Shown here: positions 14,532 to 23,680 of the stretch, one piece after another | Layout of the letters: every line of letters begins with the position of its first letter | How positions within the stretch are numbered: the first letter of the stretch is position 1 | Origin: a virus | Taxonomy: Duplodnaviria; Caudoviricetes | Length of the DNA: 27,067 nt | Reading direction: 5' to 3' (one strand) | Virus record (IMG/VR): IMGVR_UViG_3300021560_000061 | Location: 1 to 27,067 of that record | The notes under the pieces: model-generated | The model's input: only the letters and a program-made list of their open reading frames with translations | What the model was told of the DNA's origin: nothing | Database searches by the model: none | Position numbers and translations under genes: made by a program

Positions 14532-15348
14532 TGTAGTCCCTACGGTCTACATTCCGACGATGGGCCGGTACGACAATCTCAGGAAGATCGTACCGGCCTG
14601 GCTGGCACAAGGGCTTGACGTACGGCTCGTGGTAGACCAAAGCGAATTCAGGGAACATGTACGGCTCCGCGATAGCCTCCGGTGGCAGAAACGGGTCCAC
14701 GTGGTCCCGGTAAGCAAAAGCTATCCAAGGGGAATCGGAGCCGCGCGGCGCTTCTGCGTAAACCACGCACGGCGTGCCTTCCTAACGGCTATCATTATGG
14801 CCGACGATGATATGCGGCCGGATACCGACGTTGCGCCGCTACTTGCGGAAGCCGCTCAGGATGACGTCCTGGGAATCGGAGCCGTCCGCTCTATTCATGA
14901 CCGGTTTACCGGAGGCGCTATCACTCGGCTCCGGAAGGAAGGCGCTGGCCCGATTCTCTGCCCCGGAGGCTGGGGATTCCAGCTATTCGGCCTCAACCTC
15001 AAGAACGCAGTCGCATTCGGCAATTTCGATGACCGGCTCCACACGGCCGGAGAGGATGCGGAGCTAGCCCGGAATGGGATCGTGAACGGCTACCCGTGGA
15101 TGGTCCACTGTGAGGTCGTGTGCTCGGCTATCGGAGCCCGGTACGCGGCCGGAGGAATCAACACCAGGTTCTCTGCCCCGGAGCGCCGGAGCGAGGCAGA
15201 GCTAGAGTGTCTGGCGCTCATTCATGAACGGTGGCCGGAGTATACCAACGAGCCCGGAAAGCGCCTCCGGATGGCCTGGCAGAAGATGCTGGACGACAAC
15301 ATCGCTGAATGGCGCTCGCTATCCGCTCTTCACGGAGGTCAGCTATGA
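14524..15348 (+). CDS. GT-A glycosyltransferase, TAGT/GREB1-like (DNA base glycosylation type)
   Basis: VYIPTMGR, LVVDQSE, GIGAARRF, IIMADDD (DxD), GEDAEL, GGIN; GTG start with GGAGG SD. Confidence 0.7.
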   Translation: MLNVVPTVYIPTMGRYDNLRKIVPAWLAQGLDVRLVVDQSEFREHVRLRDSLRWQKRVHVVPVSKSYPRGIGAARRFCVNHARRAFLTAIIMADDDMRPDTDVAPLLAEAAQDDVLGIGAVRSIHDRFTGGAITRLRKEGAGPILCPGGWGFQLFGLNLKNAVAFGNFDDRLHTAGEDAELARNGIVNGYPWMVHCEVVCSAIGARYAAGGINTRFSAPERRSEAELECLALIHERWPEYTNEPGKRLRMAWQKMLDDNIAEWRSLSALHGGQL

Positions 15349-15728
15349 ACCGACAGGAATTTATCGCTCACCTCCGCGACGGAAAGCCGGCCACGCTAGC
15401 CGTCCAGGAGATAACCGGTATCATGCCGGAGATAGTCACCATCGCTTCCTGGAATCTGCTAGGTCAGTATATCCGGAAAGGCGTAATGGTGGCCGGCCCA
15501 CTCATGGCGGCAATCGTCTCAATCGAACTTCACACGGACTCGATAGATCCGGCGCTCATGAACCGGATCATCTCTGGCGAGCCGACCGGAGCCGTCTTGG
15601 AGGGAATGACGCGGAACTGCCGCGTGGTAGAGCGCGAGATAGCCGTCCAGGCTTTCGCTGGCCTGGTCTATCAAGGCCAGTGTATCGGGAACTGCGTAGA
15701 GGTCTTCACAGAAAGCCTATTCCAGTGA
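15345..15728 (+). CDS. hypothetical protein (possible chorismate-lyase/UTRA-like fold, weak)
   Basis: ATGA overlap, GGAGG SD; MNRIISGEPTGAVL segment. Confidence 0.65.
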   Translation: MNRQEFIAHLRDGKPATLAVQEITGIMPEIVTIASWNLLGQYIRKGVMVAGPLMAAIVSIELHTDSIDPALMNRIISGEPTGAVLEGMTRNCRVVEREIAVQAFAGLVYQGQCIGNCVEVFTESLFQ

Positions 15729-15997
15729 ATGTGCTATTCGTCGATGGTCCGGAAGCCGGAGAGATACGCGACGTTAAGGGATGGCGTATCCAGGCGTATG
15801 TGCCTGCTACAAGCCCGATTCTTGGCGACCCTAATGATGAAGTCGCGCTAAAGCCTCTCGTCTATCACATCCACAGGTTTGTGATCTGCGGGCGTATCCT
15901 CCGGCTCGCCTCGCTCAAGCTGAATGCGGATGATATCAACCTATACCGTGTATTCAGCCTCATCGTATCGGACAAGGGAAAGGCAGTGGCAGAATGA
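15725..15997 (+). CDS. hypothetical protein
   Basis: GTGA overlap; VLFVDGP N-terminus typical of small phage proteins. Confidence 0.7.
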   Translation: MNVLFVDGPEAGEIRDVKGWRIQAYVPATSPILGDPNDEVALKPLVYHIHRFVICGRILRLASLKLNADDINLYRVFSLIVSDKGKAVAE

Positions 15998-16254
15998 GTC
16001 TTCAGAAAGGCGACCGGTACCTATGGCATGGAGTCCATATTGAAGTGACTCGCGTAGCGTCGGACGGCCGATGGGCTAACATCAAGTGCTACACGGGCGA
16101 GCCTGGTGCGGAAGACTACCATGAGTGGACCAAGGAACAGCCGACTCCGGAAGGCCGTTTCCCAGACGACTGGGAGCTGGCCTCTGACGGGCCAGAGCCA
16201 GCCACAGGGCCCATCTCCGGCGTATCCGGGACGGTAGCGCCTCCGGGAGCGTAG
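15994..16254 (+). CDS. hypothetical protein
   Basis: ATGA overlap, GGAAAGG SD. Confidence 0.7.
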   Translation: MSLQKGDRYLWHGVHIEVTRVASDGRWANIKCYTGEPGAEDYHEWTKEQPTPEGRFPDDWELASDGPEPATGPISGVSGTVAPPGA

Positions 16255-16341
16255 CGGTGCTCTCTGGGCCATGCATCATCGACTCGACTTCAGCCCCGGT
16301 CTGCGGTAGGATTGGGGTCTGAAGGCGAGGAAAGGCGAAAG

Positions 16342-18264
16342 ATGAAAGCGTCAATCACGACGGACGGCCGGAGGATTCTGGCCCGAATCGACTACGCGAA
16401 CGGCAGGGGCCGTGACGCGGCAAAGCGTGTTCCCGGAGCGGAGCCGGTATGGGACAAGACCGGTGAGCGGGATGTCTTCAGGCACTGGAGCTACCCACTC
16501 ACGATGGACACGTGCCGTGCGTTCCGGAAGGAATTTGGCGATGAGCTGACCATCCTGCCGGTACTCGCGAAGTGGGCCCAGGAGGAAGTCACTCGTGAGC
16601 GCTCGCTCGAAACGCTCCGTGCGGAGGCAATCGAGTCTGTAGACCTCTCGCGCGTTGAGCTGGAGGCTCCGGCGCTTTACGCGGCGCTCCAGAACCGGCG
16701 CTACCAGATCAGCGGTGTTGGCTTTATCCTGACCGGCCGTACCGTCGTGCTAGGCGATGACCCAGGACTGGGCAAGACGCTCCAGGGACTAGCGGCCGTG
16801 ATTCAGGACGGAGCCCGGCAGATCATGGTGGCCTGCCGGCGTACGGCTACGCGAGCCGTCTGGGAGCGCGAGACCTTGCGGTGGGCTCCGGGCATCACGA
16901 CGTTCGTGGCCCAGGGCTCCGCGACGGAGCGTAAGGCCGTTATGGCTGCCTTCGCGGCTTTCGACGGCCAGAAGATGCTGATTATCAACATCGAGATGAT
17001 GCGGGCGAAGCGAATCGAGATCTGCCCGGACGGTGGCGAGAATTACTGCCCGTTTGAGGCTGCTAAGCGGACTAAGCCACAGGGCCATAAGCACACGATC
17101 AAGGCGATTCCGCTCTGGCCGTTCCTTTCCGCGACGGAATGGGATGCTCTCATTATCGATGAGTGCCACAATGCGCTCGCGTCTACCAAAAACGTTCAGT
17201 CTAAGTCGATTACCCAATGGCGTTTCGGTGCGATGCAGATTCGCCGGAGGCTCCGCGCTAACGGCCTCGCAATCGCGATGTCTGGGACTCCTTTCCGGTC
17301 TAAGCTGGAGAAGGCATGGGGCACCCTGAACTGGCTCGCGCCGGAGAAGTTCTCTAGCTTCTGGCGCTGGGCTGAGCAGCATTTCGGAGTCGAGCAGGGC
17401 CGGTACGCCAAGGTCATCGGTGGCGGCGCGAAGGTTCTAGAGCCGAAAGACGCAGACGCCTGGCAGCGGATGCTCCGGCCGTGGTACCTGAAGCGGACCA
17501 AGAAAGACGCTGCGCCGGATCTTCCCGACATTGTCTTTGCCGGTACTCCGATAGCGGAAGGCGAAGACTCGCCCTGCTACGTCCAGATCGAAATGGACCC
17601 TGTCCAGGCCAAGCTTTACTGGGAGATGGAAGCGGACGCAGAGGCCCACACGCCTACCGGGAAGATCACGGCTACTGGCGTACTCGCGGAGATTACGCGG
17701 CTACGGCAGTTCGCAAACGCAAGCGGAATCCACATGGGAGGCCGTGCGGTAAATCCGGCTCTGCCGTCCGGGAAGATCGAATGGCTTGTCGATTTCGTTA
17801 ACGAGCGCGAGGACACCGGCGTCAAGGTCGTGATCGCCTCAAGCTTCAGCGAGATGGTTGAGCTGACGGCCTCCGTACTCCGGAAGGAATGCGGCGTGGA
17901 AGTCCTAACGCTAACCGGTGCGACCTCCGACCGTGACCGGGCTCGCCTCGTGGAGCGCTTCCAGGATGAGAATGACTCGCTCCGGGTAGTCGTGATAAAC
18001 CGGAATGCCGGTGGCGAGTCGATTACCCTAGACCGTGCGGACGATATGGTTGTTATCGACCAGCCGTGGATCTCGGATACCGATGAGCAGCTGATCGCCC
18101 GGATCCACCGCGTCTCGCGTATCCACCAGGTTACCGTGTACCGGCTGATTTCCTCTGGTACGATCGACGAATGGATGGCGAGCCTTACCGACGAACAGCG
18201 TGAGGTTATCAAGGGTGCGAGCCCGGAAGCGCTCGCGGAGTACGCAATAGCAGGGAGCAAGTGA
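16342..18264 (+). CDS. SNF2-family (SF2) DNA helicase
   Basis: GDDPGLGKT, IIDECH, MSGTP, EITRLRQ, GGESITL, QLIARIHRV; start reassigned to ATG 16342. Confidence 0.92.
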   Translation: MKASITTDGRRILARIDYANGRGRDAAKRVPGAEPVWDKTGERDVFRHWSYPLTMDTCRAFRKEFGDELTILPVLAKWAQEEVTRERSLETLRAEAIESVDLSRVELEAPALYAALQNRRYQISGVGFILTGRTVVLGDDPGLGKTLQGLAAVIQDGARQIMVACRRTATRAVWERETLRWAPGITTFVAQGSATERKAVMAAFAAFDGQKMLIINIEMMRAKRIEICPDGGENYCPFEAAKRTKPQGHKHTIKAIPLWPFLSATEWDALIIDECHNALASTKNVQSKSITQWRFGAMQIRRRLRANGLAIAMSGTPFRSKLEKAWGTLNWLAPEKFSSFWRWAEQHFGVEQGRYAKVIGGGAKVLEPKDADAWQRMLRPWYLKRTKKDAAPDLPDIVFAGTPIAEGEDSPCYVQIEMDPVQAKLYWEMEADAEAHTPTGKITATGVLAEITRLRQFANASGIHMGGRAVNPALPSGKIEWLVDFVNEREDTGVKVVIASSFSEMVELTASVLRKECGVEVLTLTGATSDRDRARLVERFQDENDSLRVVVINRNAGGESITLDRADDMVVIDQPWISDTDEQLIARIHRVSRIHQVTVYRLISSGTIDEWMASLTDEQREVIKGASPEALAEYAIAGSK

Positions 18265-18584
18265 TGGAGCAGAATGACTGGGCGGCAGCCCGGAGGCTAC
18301 GCGATCAGATGCGCGAGAATATGACGCCTCGCGGCCGGCAGCTAGTACGGCTAACGGAAGTCGAGCACGATATGATGCCGGAGGCCGTTGACGATTTTGT
18401 CTTTACGGCTCTCGTCAACGTACTCACGGAATACCGGGAAGACCTTGGGAGCAAAGTCATCCGGACGTTCCGTGTAATCGAGTCGGACCCAGAGGAAGGC
18501 TGGATTGAATTCTACATCCAGCTAAACGGAGAGCAGGCGACAAGCGACGTTTACCGGTTCCGCCTGATTATGGAGATGATCTAG
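18261..18584 (+). CDS. hypothetical protein
   Basis: Coupled to helicase stop. Confidence 0.7.
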   Translation: MMEQNDWAAARRLRDQMRENMTPRGRQLVRLTEVEHDMMPEAVDDFVFTALVNVLTEYREDLGSKVIRTFRVIESDPEEGWIEFYIQLNGEQATSDVYRFRLIMEMI

Positions 18585-18787
18585 TGAGCGCTAAGCAACC
18601 GAGGATTCCGACGATAGGCGACCTTGAGAACGCCATCGGCCGGATGGGCGACGGCTCCGGCGAGGAAGCGCTAGATGAGGACTCCAAGGTTCAGGTCCAG
18701 GTGGCCGGCCGTCTCTGGAGCATATTCGGCCTCCGGTACGATTCCCGGACGGACACAGTAGTCATAGTAACGGAGGATGGTCCGTGA
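18584..18787 (+). CDS. small hypothetical protein
   Basis: TAGTG overlap, GGAG SD. Confidence 0.7.
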   Translation: MSAKQPRIPTIGDLENAIGRMGDGSGEEALDEDSKVQVQVAGRLWSIFGLRYDSRTDTVVIVTEDGP

Positions 18788-18912
18788 ATAATTCGCAGCC
18801 GTCTCTCCCACCGCCGCACTCGCGGACGGAGATAGTCATCCTTGTGGTACTGGTGACGATTCTCGGAATCGCGGCTATTGTACTTATCGAACTTACAGGA
18901 GGTTTCAGGTAA
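18784..18912 (+). CDS. 42-aa single-TM protein, not in ORF track
   Basis: GTGA overlap; EIVILVVLVTILGIAAIVLIEL. Confidence 0.6.
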   Translation: MNNSQPSLPPPHSRTEIVILVVLVTILGIAAIVLIELTGGFR

Positions 18913-19139
18913 TGCCATCACTAGTCTTCAGGCTCGCTCTCATGGGCCCACTAATCGCCGGAGTATTCATTGGTGGTATTTACGCCAAGATCGCGGTAGC
19001 TATATTCATGCTACTGACCGCGATGTTCTCGGAGATAGCCTCCGTGCTCGCCTGGAAGCACGATGCGGAGATCAAGCAGCTACAGGCAGCCGTCTCCGCT
19101 CGCACGACGATTCAGGCGATGATCCGGAGGCTGGGGTGA
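18912..19139 (+). CDS. two-TM membrane protein
   Basis: AGGAGG SD, TAATG overlap. Confidence 0.7.
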   Translation: MPSLVFRLALMGPLIAGVFIGGIYAKIAVAIFMLLTAMFSEIASVLAWKHDAEIKQLQAAVSARTTIQAMIRRLG

Positions 19140-19894
19140 AGCTGATCCTCTCGCGGCCTCGCTACGCGAACGTCCAGGAGCTAATCACTCACCTCACGAG
19201 GGATTATGGCTTTACCGAGGATGAGGTGCGCCTCACCATTATCCCGGTAACGGCCGAACACGAATCGCAAGAATGGAAAATCGACGGTGGCGGATGGGTA
19301 ACCGTCCGCTATTACGGGCTGTCCAGATTTGGCCTGGAGGAACATTCAGGAAACCGGCAGGCGAAAAAGGTAGCCACACCCCACCCCCGCAGGTATAGTC
19401 GAGATATACCTGATCTATCGGAAAACCGAAAGGACAATACAATGCCCGCACGAGGCCGTAGGCAGAGCGCCCAGGCTGCTCCCCCGGAGCCGGAGACGCA
19501 GAACGGTGACGTGGACTTCTCCGTTTACCTCACCAAGGACATTTCCGACACGATGACCGACTACATCACCTGGTTCGAGCAGAACGTGGCCAAGCTGGAG
19601 GATGTCGAGATCGACCGGCTCCTGGTGCTCGGCAGCTCGCTCTACCCGCACTTCCAGAAGTCCGACTTCAACATCGAGCGGCGCGAGGCGCGGCGCGCGG
19701 CGCGCGAGGCCGCGAGCGAGCCGGAGCCAGCCGCTGCCACTCCGGCGCGGCGCGGAGGCCGCGCGGCGTCCGCGAAGCCCGCAGCGGCAGCCTCTGCCCC
19801 GGCAGGAGGCAAGCCTGCGGCGCGTGGCCGGCGAGGCTCGCGTGCGACGGCCACGGCCGGTGCCGGTGCCGCGACTCCGGATGCTCCGTTCTAG
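19136..19894 (+). CDS. hypothetical protein, long form in frame with 19442..19894
   Basis: GTGA overlap with GGAGG SD; no stop before ATG 19442. Confidence 0.45.
   Translation: MKLILSRPRYANVQELITHLTRDYGFTEDEVRLTIIPVTAEHESQEWKIDGGGWVTVRYYGLSRFGLEEHSGNRQAKKVATPHPRRYSRDIPDLSENRKDNTMPARGRRQSAQAAPPEPETQNGDVDFSVYLTKDISDTMTDYITWFEQNVAKLEDVEIDRLLVLGSSLYPHFQKSDFNIERREARRAAREAASEPEPAAATPARRGGRAASAKPAAAASAPAGGKPAARGRRGSRATATAGAGAATPDAPF
19442..19894 (+). CDS. protein with Ala/Arg-rich tail ending DAPF
   Basis: GAAAGGA SD, upstream TATAGT; visibly high GC3 codon usage. Confidence 0.8.
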   Translation: MPARGRRQSAQAAPPEPETQNGDVDFSVYLTKDISDTMTDYITWFEQNVAKLEDVEIDRLLVLGSSLYPHFQKSDFNIERREARRAAREAASEPEPAAATPARRGGRAASAKPAAAASAPAGGKPAARGRRGSRATATAGAGAATPDAPF

Positions 19895-19900
19895 GCCGCT

Positions 19901-19945
19901 GGGCCTGGCCACCGATAAGCTTCCCCCAATCGGATGGCCAGGCCT
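19901..19945 (+). terminator. GC-rich stem-loop after gene
   Basis: GGCCTGGCCA..CCGAT/ATCGG..TGGCCAGGCC. Confidence 0.5.
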
Positions 19946-19967
19946 AGCATTACATAGGCGAGGCGAG

Positions 19968-20108
19968 ATGAAGTTCAAAGGCAATTCCTTCGCGAACGGT
20001 CCAGGCAGTAAGTACGGCTCTACCTATGTCTGGCGTGACGTTCCCGGAGGAAACCCCAACCGTTCCTATTTCGATGAGGAAGACAACCACGACGGCCTAA
20101 GCTGGTAG
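19968..20108 (+). CDS. 46-aa hypothetical protein
   Basis: AGGCGAGGCGAG-ATG; MKFKGNSFANG... Confidence 0.55.
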   Translation: MKFKGNSFANGPGSKYGSTYVWRDVPGGNPNRSYFDEEDNHDGLSW

Positions 20109-20194
20109 CCCAGCTTCCTTGAGCGCTCCGTACGCCCGTGCCCGTTTCACGGACGTACGGAGCCCTGAGGGAAAAGGCAAGGAAAGGCGAGGCT

Positions 20195-21175
20195 ATGGAT
20201 ACAGGTTCCATTCCGGTACTCCGGACGTCAGAGCGCGCTGCTTTCAAGCGCTGCCCGCAACGGTGGTGGTGGGAATACCGGGAAGGCTGGAAGCCTCGCG
20301 GCCAGCAGGCTGATGCGCTCTGGTTCGGAATCGGTATCCACCAGGCGCTCGCGGAATGGTACCTAAAGGGAAAGCGCCGTGGCCCGCATCCGGCCGATAC
20401 CTGGCGGGAATGGACGGCCGATGAGATCCGGTACGCCCGGACGTATCTTGACGATACATTCGATGAGCCTGTGTGGATGGATGCGCGCGAGCTAGGTACG
20501 GCTATGCTTGAGGAATACGTGGACCATTACGGGAAAGATCCGCAATGGTCCATCATAGCAATCGAGCAGGAATTTGCCGTAAAGATAAACTTCCGTGGCG
20601 AGGTTGTCGCAATCTTCGCGTCCCGATGGGATGGCGTGCTCCGCGACCTTTCTACTGGTAAGCTATTCCTGCTAGAGAACAAGACGGCCTCGCAAATCGT
20701 GACGGCCTATCTTGAGCTTGACGATCAGGGCGGTAGCTACCTTGCGGTTGCTGAGGCCGTACTCCGGGCAAAAGGAATCCTCAAGGCTAACGAGCATATT
20801 GAGGGGATTATCTATAACTTCCTCCGGAAGGCTGCGCCGGATGAGCGGCCGGTAAACGCGGAAGGCCTGCGGCTCAACAAAGACCTTACTGTTTCCAAGA
20901 AACAGCCACCGCCGCTATTCCGGCGAGAGGTTATCTACCGCTCCGTAGCGGAGCAGGCGACTCAGCTAGAGCGGATTGCGGATGAGGTGGCAGTTATGAA
21001 TGCTGTCCGTTCCGGTAGTATCCCTATTACGAAAACTCCGACAAAGGACTGCCCGCGCTGTCCGTTCTGGGGCGTGTGCGTACTTCACGAGCGGAACAAG
21101 ACAGCCTACCGGACGGTGCTAAAGGCGAATTACGTCCAGGCCGACCCATACAAGGACATGAGGAAATCAGCATGA
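20195..21175 (+). CDS. Cas4/RecB-like PD-(D/E)XK exonuclease
   Basis: SERAAFKRCP, FGIGIH, IEQEF, RWDGV, LENKT, C-terminal CPRCPFWGVC. Confidence 0.85.
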   Translation: MDTGSIPVLRTSERAAFKRCPQRWWWEYREGWKPRGQQADALWFGIGIHQALAEWYLKGKRRGPHPADTWREWTADEIRYARTYLDDTFDEPVWMDARELGTAMLEEYVDHYGKDPQWSIIAIEQEFAVKINFRGEVVAIFASRWDGVLRDLSTGKLFLLENKTASQIVTAYLELDDQGGSYLAVAEAVLRAKGILKANEHIEGIIYNFLRKAAPDERPVNAEGLRLNKDLTVSKKQPPPLFRREVIYRSVAEQATQLERIADEVAVMNAVRSGSIPITKTPTKDCPRCPFWGVCVLHERNKTAYRTVLKANYVQADPYKDMRKSA

Positions 21176-21579
21176 AAGCCTATCTCGCGGCGCAGTATGA
21201 GCGCTATCCGGAAATGTGCGGTTACCGGGACAAGCTCAAGAACCTAGGCGTTGTGGTAACCTCGCGCTGGATTGACGCACACGGCGGCAAGCTTACGGAG
21301 GCGCTAGGCGAGGATGAGCTGAACGCTGATCCCAACCGTGGCGTCAAGTATGCGCTCGCGGATATAGAAGATATCCACGCAGCCGATACGGTTATCAGCT
21401 TTACGGACGGGCGAGGCCGTGGCGGAAGGCACGTCGAATTCGGCATTTCCTGGGCGCTCAATAAGCGGCTGGTAATCGTCGGCCGTCGCGAGCACGTATT
21501 CCATACGCTTCCGGGCGTTACCTGTTTCAAGAACTTCCCTGAGCTTTACTACAACATCGAGATCGGAGCGTACAGCTAA
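21172..21579 (+). CDS. nucleoside 2-deoxyribosyltransferase-like protein
   Basis: YLAA, DIEDIHAADTVI, GGRHVEFGIS with catalytic-type Glu, HVFH. Confidence 0.75.
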   Translation: MKAYLAAQYERYPEMCGYRDKLKNLGVVVTSRWIDAHGGKLTEALGEDELNADPNRGVKYALADIEDIHAADTVISFTDGRGRGGRHVEFGISWALNKRLVIVGRREHVFHTLPGVTCFKNFPELYYNIEIGAYS

Positions 21580-22619
21580 TGCCACCACGCAAGCCCGGTA
21601 CGCGGCGCACGACTCCGGCCGCTACTGCTACCGTTACCGTTACCGATCTACCGGCGCGGCGTACGCCCGGACGGTCGAATCAGAACCAGAATAAGCAGAC
21701 CGCGAAGCAGGCAAAGGAAGCTCCGCTGGCTATGGTGGAGACCGATGTCGAGATCGTGGTTGAGAGCCTCGCGGCTTCCGGCCGGAAGGCTCCCATCAAC
21801 ATTATCCTCCACGGTCCATCCGGCCACGGCAAGACGCTACTAGCCGGAGGCGCTTTCGCCGGAACCAGGCGCGGCGTATTCCTATCGACCGAAACGGAAG
21901 GCATTGCCTCCGCTCGCGCTATCGGCTCAAAGGCTGATCTTATCCGGGCTCCGTCTTGGGAGTATTGTACTTCCGGCGTCCAATGGGCGGAAAAGAACTT
22001 GGGCCTGGATGACTGGCTGGTAGTCGATTCCGGTAACGTCATGCAGGAAATGTATATGCGCTGGATTCTTGAGCGCGAAAACCGGGTCAACCCGCTCCGT
22101 GACCTAGACATTCCGGCCATCCAGAACCACCAGAAATACCAGAACGGATTCAAGCGGTGGGCGGCACGGCTAATTGCCGGCCAGTATAACGTGATATTCA
22201 TCACGGCATCAATGACTACCGAGGATGCGGAAGGCGAGCCGCGCGTAATTCCGCTATTGCTCGGGAAGGGAAGTGAGATATCAGACACCGTTTCCTCTCA
22301 ATTCTCCGTCGCGATATACTACGCGGTAGCGCGAGAGTCCAAGGAAATGACCGGAGAGGTTACACGGCGAGCCCTATTCCAGCCGCACCCTCCCTGGTAT
22401 GCCAAGAACCGTTACCACAACGCGCTAGGCAAGACCTGGGACGTTCCGGAGAATTCATTCCTGGAGATGGGAAAGATTCTCGATAAGATAGAGGATTCGA
22501 TCAAGAGAGGCGAGACGGAAAGTGGCGCGGAAGCTACCGGAGCCGGAAGGCCTGTGGCTAGCAGACCCGTACGGTCAGAGCGCCGTATGGCTGGGGCTGC
22601 ACGTAGGCAAGCGTCATAG
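21579..22619 (+). CDS. AAA_24 / Sak4-like recombination ATPase
   Basis: GPSGHGKT, LVVDS, NVIFIT, YAKNRY; located between exonuclease and SSB-like genes. Confidence 0.8.
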   Translation: MPPRKPGTRRTTPAATATVTVTDLPARRTPGRSNQNQNKQTAKQAKEAPLAMVETDVEIVVESLAASGRKAPINIILHGPSGHGKTLLAGGAFAGTRRGVFLSTETEGIASARAIGSKADLIRAPSWEYCTSGVQWAEKNLGLDDWLVVDSGNVMQEMYMRWILERENRVNPLRDLDIPAIQNHQKYQNGFKRWAARLIAGQYNVIFITASMTTEDAEGEPRVIPLLLGKGSEISDTVSSQFSVAIYYAVARESKEMTGEVTRRALFQPHPPWYAKNRYHNALGKTWDVPENSFLEMGKILDKIEDSIKRGETESGAEATGAGRPVASRPVRSERRMAGAARRQAS

Positions 22620-22711
22620 ACATCTACGATTCGCATCAAAAGGCGAACACGAGGCCGATCACCGGCTACACCAACCCTGGCTAGATCACTATCACGAAAG
22701 GGACTGAGCTA

Positions 22712-23596
22712 ATGACTAAGCTCCGTCGCGAAGACACGGCCGATATCGACATCAAGGCTCTCGATGCTGTTGAATACTCCACGGAGAAATTCGACACGTA
22801 TTACGGCGAGGTGCCTCCGGTCGATACCGAACTCACCGGCTACGTCAAGCGGATGTGGTGGACCCGCACCGCGACTAAGCCTGACGGCACCGGGAACGAT
22901 CCCATGCTGAAGATCCTGTGGGTCGCAGCCGAGAATGAAGGCGAGGATGCGGAGTTCAACGACTGCCCATTCTGGCTCAACGCTCCGCTCGTGGCCGGGG
23001 CCAAGTTCCGGTGGGCACCCTTCCTGGACTGCTACGGGATCACCCTCAAGGAAGTCAAATTCGACACTCACGTTCAGGAGGTGGACGACCAGAACGGCTG
23101 GCCCATCGAGCGCATCGGAAGCTTCCATCCGGGCGAGGAACACGATGAGGCCTGGTGCCGCATCATGACCGAGCAGGAGCCCTATAACGGTGCGATGCAG
23201 GCGCGTGTCGGCGTCTGGATGCCGTGGGACTCCGAGGAAGGCGAGCCGGAGGATGAAGGCGAGCCTGCGGATGACGAGTACGAGGATGAGGATGAAGGCG
23301 AGGAAGGCGAGCCGGAGGATGAAGGCGAGCCTGAAGAGCCCGCAGAGCCCGCTCCGGCGCGCGGCCGGAGGTCCACCGCTGCTCAGTCTCGCGGCGCTAC
23401 GCGAGCCGCTAAGGCTCCGGCCGCTACCGCTACCGCTACGCGAGCCAGTAAGCCCAGAGCGGCTGGCTCTGCCCCGGCAAGGGCCAGTTCCGGGCGAGCG
23501 GCTAGCGGGAACGGAGCCCGTAGGACGACTAAGGCTGCTCAGCCTGCGGCACGAGGCCGTGGCCGGCGTTCCACGGACAATGAGCCGCCTTTTTAG
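22712..23596 (+). CDS. putative ssDNA-binding protein with acidic and Ala/Arg-rich tail
   Basis: Position after Sak4-like gene; GNDPMLKI beta-rich core; ends DNEPPF. Confidence 0.65.
   Translation: MTKLRREDTADIDIKALDAVEYSTEKFDTYYGEVPPVDTELTGYVKRMWWTRTATKPDGTGNDPMLKILWVAAENEGEDAEFNDCPFWLNAPLVAGAKFRWAPFLDCYGITLKEVKFDTHVQEVDDQNGWPIERIGSFHPGEEHDEAWCRIMTEQEPYNGAMQARVGVWMPWDSEEGEPEDEGEPADDEYEDEDEGEEGEPEDEGEPEEPAEPAPARGRRSTAAQSRGATRAAKAPAATATATRASKPRAAGSAPARASSGRAASGNGARRTTKAAQPAARGRGRRSTDNEPPF
23233..23333 (+). repeat. 35-bp exact direct repeat encoding EEGEPEDEGEP twice
   Basis: 23233-23267 identical to 23299-23333. Confidence 0.8.
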
Positions 23597-23680
23597 CGAG
23601 CTGGACGACAAGGAATTTGTGGAGAGACTCAAGCGCGATCTCCAGAAAGCGCTCTGGGGAATTCACAGATGGGATTACTG

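Noticed and set aside
20195-21175. Cas4-like nuclease as evidence of CRISPR-Cas
   Set aside because: No cas1/cas2 or repeat-spacer array; it sits in a standard phage exonuclease-Sak4-SSB module
22709-23632. 307-aa minus-strand ORF and similar long antisense ORFs (16789, 17616, 21680)
   Set aside because: They overlap well-supported plus-strand genes and carry no motifs
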